NCBI GenBank assembly: GCA_020137815.1
Contig: CM035351.1
Span: 7,316,001-7,380,000, forward strand
DNA length: 64,000 nt
Direction of reading: 5' to 3'
From: Hormiphora californensis
Lineage: Eukaryota; Animalia; Ctenophora
The position numbers were made by a program, and so were the translations under genes. Shown here piece after piece: positions 53,913 through 64,000 of the stretch. Numbering within the stretch: the stretch's first letter is position 1; each line of letters opens with the position of its first letter. The notes under the pieces are model-generated. The model was not told the DNA's origin. It saw only the letters and a program-made list of their open reading frames with translations, and did not search any database.

Positions 53913-55426
53913 GTCCGCTGCCTAAGTCTATTTATACATTTTCTAATGAAATACAACGTCTTGTAGTTGTACGAGAGATATGTTTATGAGTTTGAGAGAA
54001 AAAACACATTCTACATCATAATGTGCTGTCTAAATATGTGATGTGTGGGTGATCGTGGGAGAAGAATAATATCATGATCATATATCTAGTTGCTCCTTAT
54101 GCTTTCTTCAGTTCTATACAACATGTGATTGTGGTAATGCAAGTGCTTGCCGGAATTCTGGGAAACTTGCGGTCTGTCCTTTTTCTCTCACTAAAGTCTG
54201 CTTGAAGTTGTTCAACACACTACTGTAATTTACATATCATACAATACACGATAAGTGTACAATAAGTCTTGTTCATATTGTACGTTTTTGAAGATAGGAT
54301 ACGAAACAATATGTTCTATGTGTACCGTACAAATGTTGACCCATCTATAACATGACTGTAGAATCTACAGTGTAGATACATGTAGTACCATGTTAAATGC
54401 TATATTTGGCCTCGTTATTCCATTAGGTTCTACATTTAAAGAGAAAAGAGCTTGGACTAGAGAGCATATATAAACCACAATTATTATCTAACGACGGATG
54501 ATGGTTAATACCAATGACTTCGTAACTTGTTCGTTTTTTGTTCTTAAACTTATTCTATGCATTGATCTTTCTCTACTAGCTCCTGCTAACCATCTTCCTC
54601 TATTCCTGTTCTCTCCTCAAGAGAGTACTATCTATCGTATATTGCTACTTTCTCTTTTCTCTCTCTGGTGATTTAAGCGCCTCCAGAGATGTTCAGATAG
54701 AGAGCAATAATAACCGCTAATAGTTCATCATGTTTGAGTTGTTGAGTGTTACTACAGTAACAGAGGCAATTAGCCTGTGGAAGGCGGTGTCGGGACACGG
54801 CCCCCCTCGCCGGACCTCCTCCATCCCTTCCCACCCTCGCCTCATTCACCTGAGTGTGGGGCCATGGGAGCAGCAGAAGCGGAGAAGGGTGACCTCTGGA
54901 CCCCAACTGACACCCTTGATCTGCCGGAACTGTGGTGGTTTATCTGGATTGTGTGCGTGTGATAGAACCACATTATCCCAGTCTGCTCCGACACGGAGAG
55001 TGCGTGAATAGTACGCTTTTTATGTTTTTGGCTTCTGCTTTTAACACCTTCTCGCTATGCTTTATTATATGCTGTGCAGTACGCTATTTTTGTTGTCGCC
55101 AAATCAAATGCTTGTAAGCTGTTCAAATGCTTAATGCTTGTAAGCTGTTTAACCAACATTTCGCGACAACCTGTATAATGTCTATCGTTCCCAGACACCC
55201 TAAATTTTTAATTTTAGAGATCTCGAAGGCGCAGTATGATCGAAGTTTTACGACCCACAGCAATTGGTAGACTGGAGGAACTGAACGTCCCAGAAAACTC
55301 AAACTCAGATATTTCAGAAGCAGGTAATGTTACAAGAAACTACAAGAAATATAACACATCTCATTATCACACACGCACGTCTTTACTTGTGCGGAGTACG
55401 AACACAGTGTCAGGCGACTCAAGTCT

Positions 55427-56083
55427 TTACATAGTGGGAACAGGGATAGGGATGGGTGGTGGTTGGAGACCATCGTCATCGTCATTTGGCGAGGGAATAT
55501 CACCACCATCATCAGAGTTATCTTCCTCTTCTTCAGCTTCCGTACCCTCCTCTGAGCCCTCCTCAGAACCCTCCTCGGTAGAGTACTCTGAGCCCTCCTC
55601 AGAGCCTTCCTCGGATCCTTCTTCGGATCCTTCTTCGGTAGAGTACTCAGAGCCCTCTTCAGATGCTTCCTCGGTAGAATATTCAGACCCTTCCTCAGTA
55701 GAGTATTCCGTTGCCCCTTCCTCGGTAGAGTACTCCGGAGAGGTGTATACCTCTTGCTCCTTGGTATACTGGGAACCAGTTTGGGTAACCCGCTGGGGCT
55801 CAGTCATTGGTGTACTGCTCATCTCCGCATCTGTAGGTTCTGGTGCTTCGGTTCGGTACTTCCTTCGCCTACCACCACCTCGTTTAGGTCCTCCCTTCTT
55901 TTTGTCGTCTTTAGGTCCTCCCTTCCTTTTGTCGTCTTTAGGTCCTCCCTTCTTTTTGTCGTCCTTAGGTCCCTTCTTATCATGCTTCCCTGCTCCCCTA
56001 TCATCAGGTCGGCCCCTAGGTCCGCCACGTTTAGCGGCGATAACAAGGAATAAGACACAGAGCAGGATTGTGAAACGTAACAT
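55427..56083 (-). CDS. Intronless secreted low-complexity protein (218 aa) with a Lys/Arg/Gly-rich block then a Glu/Ser/Thr/Tyr-rich block
   Basis: Signal peptide MLRFTILLCVLFLVIAA, GGPKDDKKK repeats, then EYSTEEGS repeats. Synonymous variation between repeat copies supports coding status. Confidence 0.8.
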   Translation of the reverse strand: MLRFTILLCVLFLVIAAKRGGPRGRPDDRGAGKHDKKGPKDDKKKGGPKDDKRKGGPKDDKKKGGPKRGGGRRRKYRTEAPEPTDAEMSSTPMTEPQRVTQTGSQYTKEQEVYTSPEYSTEEGATEYSTEEGSEYSTEEASEEGSEYSTEEGSEEGSEEGSEEGSEYSTEEGSEEGSEEGTEAEEEEDNSDDGGDIPSPNDDDDGLQPPPIPIPVPTM

Positions 56084-56580
56084 TTCGAGAGTAGACGTCA
56101 AATGACAGCCTCGTCCGGAGTTAGTCAATTGAGCTAACTTTGTTTGTTTTTTACTGTTAGTACAGCAGGCCGGAAATAGCGTATATAGCTGTCAGACTGC
56201 CCTGTTTGGACCAATCAGGCATGCCGTTTACAATTTAGCATACATATACTATTCTCATACGCATACCCATTTTCAAGCAAAAACACAAATAGGGCAGAAA
56301 CTGTTGGGGTTGCATTGTTGCATATCAACAGGATGTAAGTAAGACACTAGAAATTTTTACAGTGAAACAATTTAATGGAAGAGCTGAAAAATGATTTCAA
56401 TATGTGTGGTTGGTCTATCGGTGCAGCTACCATGACAACCCTACATTCTCCTATACATGCTAGTGGCAGCTTTGTTCCAGAGGTTCTTCTCTCTCACTCT
56501 GGTGGCTCTATTAATCAGACTTCTGGCTCAGATAATATATTGGCGAGAGAAGAGAGACAGATTGAGGAGAAGAGACCATG

Positions 56581-56692
<112 letters not shown>

Positions 56693-56694
56693 GG

Positions 56695-56756
<62 letters not shown>

Positions 56757-57277
56757 GCATGCGTGTCAAAGGCCTCTATTTGCTCTTCAGTTGACTGAGA
56801 ACACACCTCCCTCTTGATATGGCTAAGCTGTAGCCTACTAGTATTTGGATACATTGTTTATTGTGCACATCATGGAGAGGATACGTCCAGCTACAACGGG
56901 CAGCTTGAAACCTAAGGGTTTTTGGGACATAAGGGACTGGAATGACTTTGTCTGGATCTTTATGAATCAAGGTTCTAAGGCTAATTCTAAATGATCTGTG
57001 TTGTAATGACTTCAAGTGGTTCCAAGAAACAGAAGTTCTGTGGACTTTATTTCTCAAATTCTTCTAGCTAAAATAATTTGACAAATATATTCTCTCTTAT
57101 TAGAGAGATTATATCTGTCTATATTGATAAACTCTTAGATGCATTTAAGACCAACGATCATATATTCATGACAAGGCATTTAACTATATGTAGACGTGAC
57201 CCGATTACGAGCAATAAGTTTGACAATAAGTCATTAACGTTATATTATAAGAACCTCCTAATAAAGCTCTATATCAG

Positions 57278-60200
57278 ATCCCCAGCCAAGTTTTGAGGAG
57301 AACAACACAATTCAACACACGAAGCGACTCCTTCCTTATAACCATCGTGTCATGTTGGCTGCCAGCGTCTACCTGGAGTATATACAGGTATGAAACCTTA
57401 AAATAGAAATACAGGTATGTTGCCTGACATAGTTCAGTCGGAAGCTTCTGATCAAGAATGTTCTGCTAAATTGCTGTTTTTTTTAATTGATAAAGGTATG
57501 AATCTTTTTCAATCATGATCCTGACACAGGCTGAACAATCTTTCAGGGACAAAGGGGGTTGCCGCCGCAGCCAGCTTACTTCACATCGGACCCCTACCTA
57601 ATGAGGCAAACATTTAAACTCGCCCTGGGCACTTATCACTGTAAGTTTAATTCTTTCAAAAGTATTACAGCTGTGATAGTGTAAACTAAATGAGAGTAGA
57701 GGTAATTTATGATGAATGATCGACTCCATGTGTACTCAGTTGATCGTTGAGTCTGCAACGTCTGTGTGCTAACGTTCTCGACAATTTCAGATATTCAAGT
57801 CATCGAGGATTTACTTCTAGAAACATATTTCTACAGTAGTTACGTTCAAGTAAGAATGTGTATTGTGTGTAAAATGATATGAATTACGCGGGAAGCAGCT
57901 GTCAGATCATACGAAATTTCTTCCGCTCCAAATCTTGAAACTAACCAACATTCTCCATAGTTCAGGCAATGTCAATCACTGGTGACCGTGATGCTGTACA
58001 ACCTAAAGCTGTTGGGTTTTAAGGCACCTCGGCCCTTTACATGTGAATTCGGGGAGATAGTGAGGGAGGTACAGGATGTTCATGATGCACTCCTGAGATT
58101 CAAAACAAAGTTTCACGCGGCCTTTGCACGGTTAGTGATCAGAGAGAAAAACACAACAATAAAAATGAAATTTAGTTTTTATGACTTAGATACTGGACGG
58201 CGGATTGAGTATTTGGCATTTTACACGACTGGTTCTCGTCCCACCAATATAGCTCTATCGGGAAACAAGTTAGTTTTGTGGTCTGTTATTTATCTGATCA
58301 TTATTATCTGATTGCAGTTGTCGGATAAAATGCAATGCATATCGGGAGGATCTACTGATGTGCCAGGATCTGATGATTAGGCAACGCTGCTCGCTCAACA
58401 CACCACGGTACATCCGGGTCAACACCCTCCGGCGAAATAAGGAGCAGGTAAAGAATAAGCGGTGACTTGAGAGGGATATAAACATTCGGGTTAAGTTGGG
58501 AAATGGGAATTTTTAAATGATTTTGTAACTACCTTCCTTGACATTATATAGGTGATAATGACGTTAGACAACCGAGGGTACACCAAAATAGCACCGGGTG
58601 AGCCGTGGTCTCCATTTTCCTACTACTGCGACCCACTAATCGACCAGATGCTGGTGTTCTCTCCTAATTCTAAAGACGATCTTACCAACTTTGCATTGGT
58701 TCACGATGGCTCACTTCAACTTCAGGTTAGATAGTAGTCTCAAACTGTCATTTGGGCGTTCGGTAGATCAATTAGTAGTCTGTGAGCTATAATTTGAATC
58801 TCAAGAGTTCGTTAAAAGTAAGACAAGTTATTACCCTAATTGGACCTTCAACTCCTACCACTGTCCAATTCAATGTATCATATTTTAGGACCGGAGTACC
58901 GTATTGTCGGGGTTTATTCTTCAAAAACTGATCACTACTAACGGCTCCGCGAACGATGACCTAATTGTAACGGACATAGGAAATGGTAAGTTGAGAGGAG
59001 CCACCCTATTCGCCGTTTTAGAAACATGCATTTTAAATGTTTCTAAACGATAAAACGAGTAAACGGATGCATAACTCGTCAAGCAAGAGGTTATACGCCG
59101 ACGGATGATTTCGTAGTACCCATACTTTCTTTAATAGATTTTACGCATCTCAGGAAACACAGCATGCTATCTGGCGGCGCTTCAGAACAAGGAGAGCTCG
59201 ATATTAGCTTTCGGACCTGAACCGAGTGCAACTGAAAAACTTCTCTCTAAATCAGAGACTCTGAATGCATCCAATGTTCATATTGTTAATGAGCCGTTCC
59301 TACAATCGAGTTCAAAGGATAAAATCTTTAAGGGTGTAAGGGGAATTCTCTGCAATCCGCCAAGTACTCTCTCTGGGGTTGTGGACATTATAGGTGAGAA
59401 TCGTTCAGTGATCTTTCGGTGCATTTCAGGTGGGAACGCTACGGATAAATAGCACTTCCGGGTAGTGAGTTACTTAAAGTAAGAGAGACACGCCATATTT
59501 TCTCACAAAACTTAGTGGATGAACCAGATCAGGACCATTGCTACGGCATCGAAATTTGTGATAAAAACAGCATGCCACTCTTACTTTAACTTACAATATT
59601 ACAGAGCTGGTGGTGGAAGAAGGGGAAAAGTTCTTACCGACCATCGCCAAAGGCCCCTGCGAAACGAATAACCTTCCTCGATATGTTACAACACAGTACT
59701 TGACTTTGAAACATGCATTAAGCTGTACGTATTCCGTTAAAATATCTCATTATAGAGATTGTAGTTCCATATATAGGACAATATATCGTCTGAAATATGG
59801 AATCTGCAAGAAATCTTTTAGTACTAAAAGGTACACTGTAGACTTGATCCATTTTTATATTTCCATTCCACTTGCAGTTCCAAAGGTGAATACTGTGGTC
59901 TATTTCACGAGGTCGATCCACCCTCAAGAAAACGAACTGTTAATTAAAAAAGTCGTGGACGAGCTTTGCGATTCGTCTGACGATTGCCCATTCCGATTGG
60001 TACCAGTTGACGGAACTGTAAGGGATTCTCTTATATCTGGGAAGCCAAGTTACTACGAACCTCTGGTGAACATGAAAAATGTCCATGGCGATACAGGTTT
60101 GAATTAGAGAGAAAGAGAGAGAAAGAGAGAAATAGAAGGGAGAATTTGGAGAGAAAGGGAGGCAGAGAGAAAGATTGTGAAAGAAGGATTGACACGACAT

Positions 60201-63200
60201 AGAGAAAATGAGAAAAATATAGGGGTAGTTGATATTTTTTCTCATCAAGTATTGCATGCGTATCGTTTCGTGACATGTGTCAAATTCTGTACTGGCGAGA
60301 CGATCTTGAACTAAAATGAATTAATTATAAAGAAGTAGCTATATTTCAAATGACAGGTAGAAATATAAAACATGTGAGAGTCAAAGAGAAAGGGTCGAGT
60401 AGTATGATCAATTGTCTCGTCTTATAAAGTAGACATCTGACATTTGATACCACTTCAAGAGTCTCGAATTCATATAATAATCATAAAACTATGATTTGGG
60501 GGTGAACCCTCACACTACGATCTATGATCGCTGATGGCTACGAATTGATATTTTCAGCTGTCAAGTGCCTGCGTGTGATGCCAACTGAAGAAATGAGTGG
60601 ATTTTTCATCGCTAATTTCCAGCGAATGGTGAGAAATTTCATCAATTACACAGATATAAATTTTCTCATAGCAATGATAATAATTGCTATGTTTCAATCC
60701 TAGGCTGCTAAACCGAGTACTATATTGGAGCGAGCTCTGGAGAAGGGGACCCTGGGCGGAGAACCTGGCAGACATGATGGGAAGAAGCACAGGAAAAACA
60801 AGAAAAACAAACCTAAAAAGTATGATCCCCTCCATTACTTATCACTGCGCTGGCAAGCTCAAAGGTTGTCAGAAACGCCAGCGCTGCCAGAAACGCAGTT
60901 AGGGTAGACCGGGGTAATTTGGACGGTTTTGGCATTCAATTGGTATTTCAAGAGCCATTAATTTACTTAATCAATTAGTTAGCTACTCAATTTGTGCAAC
61001 TGAACCTTTATCTTGAGCCTCAGAACAAATTTACACCGAAAACATAACTTTTAGATAGCTAATTAACCTTGTTAATCAAGGTAAGTCGGAATATTTTTGA
61101 TCGCGAGACACGGGGCAATGTGGACTAGTGGCTTCTACACCAATCACATTGCGCGCATTCAATCACATGACCGCGACACACCACATTGCCCCAGCTGTAA
61201 ATCTGCGATGTAAATCAGACCGAGGTTGGGGCTATTTGGACAAACTTAGATTGTAGCCACAGTTTTTGAGATATCGATTTCAAACTTTTCAGTCATCTAG
61301 TAATTTAGTATCCCGTGCTATCCCTTTTTTCAAAATTAGTTAATTAAGTATTAATTAGCATAATTAACAAAAAATTAAGTGTTCATCAGATCTATATCTA
61401 TAGGGTGCATTTTCGAAAGCTCAGGATTAGCCTAGTCGATTAGAAAAATATTTAATCTAATCCCAAATAGGGTTTTTGAGAAAATCGACATCAAAAATCA
61501 AAAAGCCACAAATAAAGCTACGGTTTTCAAAGGAGTGCTGTTTGTGTTTTCAAGTGCAGTGCTTACAAGGCCAGAAATTACTATTATGGGGATCCAGTCT
61601 AATTAATCATGTTAGTGACCGATTCCCACTTAATGCAATTCCCTGGGGTTACTATAGCAACGGAGTTTGTTACCATAGCAACCGACGAATTTGCATTACT
61701 GTACTATTTTCTTGCTCCAAATTCAACCATTACATCCGTATTATTAGACTATCGATTATTTAAACATGATTGTGAGTCACAATGAGACATCAGACTGCCC
61801 TCAGTTACCAGCCAGTCAGTGGCTTTGGTTATCAAATGTATGCCTATTGCTCCAAGTTAGCCTGTAATTTATCCCTTTATTCAGTTATATCAGCTGCATA
61901 AGGATGATTATCATGATGATTATCATGATAAAAGACTACTTTTGGTCATCAAAGCACCAGTCCTAGATATTCTGGAGCACCCTATGAAGTTGGTTTGTCA
62001 AATGCCACACCATGGATTGACTTGTTACCTTGGCAATCAGAGAATTGGTTGTAAAATGCGCCTTTTTTCTATTTTTTTGGTCTATTTACTCAGTTTTAGC
62101 CATCTATATTGCTTGAATAGGATAATTATGAAAGCAGGTTGTCTATGGTTACCATAGAAACGAGTATAAAGGCGCCATGAGGCCAATTTGTATTAACCAA
62201 TTTGCCCCATGGGGCAATTTGGTCTAGTCCAAATTGCCCCCGATTTTTTCGTCCGAATTGCCCCAAATTGTCCGAATTGCCCCGCTTCATTAAAATGCCA
62301 ATTAGCTAATTAAATCGAAAGCTAATGTCATTTTGATGATGAAACTGGATAGAAAAGTATCATATTATGAAATTCTGACCCTTAATTTAAATAATTATCA
62401 TAATCAAGTTTACCGAAATAAAGTTTAACTTTAAAGTCGTCATTTTTCGTTATTTCACACTAAACACCACAATTTAAAAGTCCCATATAAATCACTAGTC
62501 CACATTGCCCCGTCCTGTGACCACATTGCCCCACCGTCCAAATTACCCCGGTCTACCCTATACGTTTTATGGGTGTTGGGTTGAATAAGCCGGATTATAG
62601 CGTGGCTCTCTTTCATCCGTTTGGCTTGACATTTGGAATGTATACCCGGCTTGGTGTCTTTGACTCATGTTAAATGAGTCATCAGTATGACGTAGTAACG
62701 TCGCGACGTCGCGTAATGACGTCAAAAGTGAAATTTTCGTAGTTTCGCGATTCAATCATCTCTTTACCAGTTCTACTACATCTGCCGGGATACAATACAC
62801 CAAAAATTATACAAATTATCCCAAAACTAATTGAAATTAGCTAGTAAGCCGGAAAGGTTGCCCTATTATTTGAGCTACTTTTGACAGCTTTACACGGTCG
62901 CTTGTAGTGGGAAAACGGTAATGGAAAACGAAGATACAGTAAGACGACGCGCAACCGTGACCAATCAGGGCGCTAGTACGTGCTGACACATGAACTTTTT
63001 GCCGCGCGTTATGCACCGTGTGCGTCTCCTTACTGTATTTTGCGTTACCGTATTTTGACTGCAAGCAGCACTGTAACATTCACTGAACACATTATACGTA
63101 GCATCTGTACCCTGTCTGTATCCAAATAATAGGGCAACCAGCAACCTTTCCGGCCTACTAATTTCAATTAGTTTTGGTATGATATGTATTACATATTGCG

Positions 63201-63387
63201 TGTTTGTAATCTTGACCACCAAATTATAAGCTGTATAAGCTACATAATATGAACATTTGCATTTTATCTGAACATCCGTTTCAGGCCGACTACCGCGGGG
63301 GAAACCGCCATGGACCCGACCACATCATCAATGATCAAAGTCCGAGAAAAGAAATCAAGAAAGTCGGCCAAGAAGAAGGGAGCATGA
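57278..63387 (+). CDS. NSUN7: NOL1/NOP2/Sun family, NSUN7-like; at least 13 exons, first exon uncertain
   Basis: FKLALGTYHYIQVIEDLLLETYFY, LVTVMLYNL, FKTKFHAAFARCRIK, YIRVNTLR, GSLQLQDRS, QYLTLKHALSFPKVNTVVYFTRSIHPQENE, GFFIANF, ILERALEKG; last exon 63285-63387. The N-terminal and LxRAxxKG segments match my recollection of NSUN7. Confidence 0.85.
60902..62558. mobile_element. 1.66-kb non-autonomous DNA transposon, TA-flanked, 26-bp perfect TIRs, in the last NSUN7 intron
   Basis: ta|gggtagaccggggtaatttggacggt ... accgtccaaattaccccggtctaccc|ta. Internal ggggcaa(t/a)tgg motifs; same GGGTA terminus as 21930-22651. Confidence 0.88.
62892..63076 (+). mobile_element. ~180-bp MITE-like repeat, copy 3, TA-flanked, nested in another inverted-repeat element (about 62822-63177)
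   Basis: Same family as 5243 and 46392. Outer arms are aaaactaattgaaattag...ccggaaaggttgccctattatttg and caaataatagggcaacc...ctttccggcctactaatttcaattagtttt. Confidence 0.75.
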
Positions 63388-64000
63388 TGAAATGAGGGCT
63401 TAGGACTCGATAAATTCATTCAGCTCATATAACAAGTTGTGCCTAGATTTTCTTGCCGTCGGTTCTCTTTTATTGATAAATGCATATGCTAGATCTTTGA
63501 GCATTGCTAATATGACCTACACGGGAAGCAATAATGAAAACATATTTTAGTGCTGGGATAATGATGTGAAAGGTGTTCTACTCATATCCGATAAAATAAT
63601 AACGTGTATCATGTTTGAAAACGAAAATGCATTAAATGGATAGCATATAAGTATGTATCTCTATTTAAATAATATGTATTTATCATCCACTTTCGAGTTT
63701 TCTAGATCAATCACCATAAATAGGTTTTCATTCATCAGCAAATAAAACATAGACTAAGAACATTTATATGGGTTAATCATAATGTCAATTGTTAAAAGTG
63801 TCCTATATCGTCACGCAATGTGAATGCAACTATGATAAAATAAAATCTACGGTTAAAACAAGGAAGTGAAACTAGAGGGTTCTGTACAGAGTTTCTCTTT
63901 ACTAATCCAATATCACTTCATTTTCTAATACCAGTTTAATCTATCTGGATAGCTTTTCGGTCGATAGACTGTTCGGCATGTCTTGTACTGCTGCAGAGAT

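Noticed and set aside
54730-55011. GC-rich island as a gene or second HDV-like ribozyme
   Set aside because: No convincing ORF. The ccctcgc loop has no proper P3/P1 pairing and no J4/2.
55236-56105. 289-aa plus-strand Ser-rich ORF
   Set aside because: Antisense shadow of the minus-strand ORF, which has the signal peptide and coherent repeats.

Overview
A gene-dense, intron-rich animal genomic window with no prokaryotic features, rRNA, tRNA or CRISPR. Compact multi-exon genes, a nested antisense gene, many (GA/CT)n tracts and splice acceptors just ahead of start codons resemble a ctenophore; this is inference only. Splicing by hand gives these genes in order: a class A GPCR (3' end off the window); a secreted Ig-EGF-Ig-VWD protein; two orphan coiled-coil exons; a coiled-coil/EF-hand protein with a 64-bp minisatellite in intron 1; a co-oriented cluster of GH35 beta-galactosidase-like, GH20 beta-hexosaminidase and GH35 beta-galactosidase; an atypical SLC6 transporter hosting a nested discoidin/F-type-lectin-like gene; a DMRTA-type factor; a GPI-anchored Ly6 protein; a secreted basic/acidic diblock protein; and an NSUN7-like gene. 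Several MITE families are also present. The main candidates for follow-up are four. (1) A ~1.1-kb non-coding element in a (GA)n tract starts with a base-pair-by-base-pair HDV-like ribozyme fold, and its 3' end is complementary to the ribozyme core. (2) An intact GH35 paralogue has Ala in place of its catalytic nucleophile Glu, inside an operon-like glycosidase cluster. (3) Its ATG is only 27 bp from the divergent SLC6 ATG, with back-to-back acceptor-like AGs, which suggests overlapping, possibly trans-spliced 5' ends. (4) The NSUN7-like protein lacks both catalytic cysteines. All coordinates and translations were read by eye and no searches were run.
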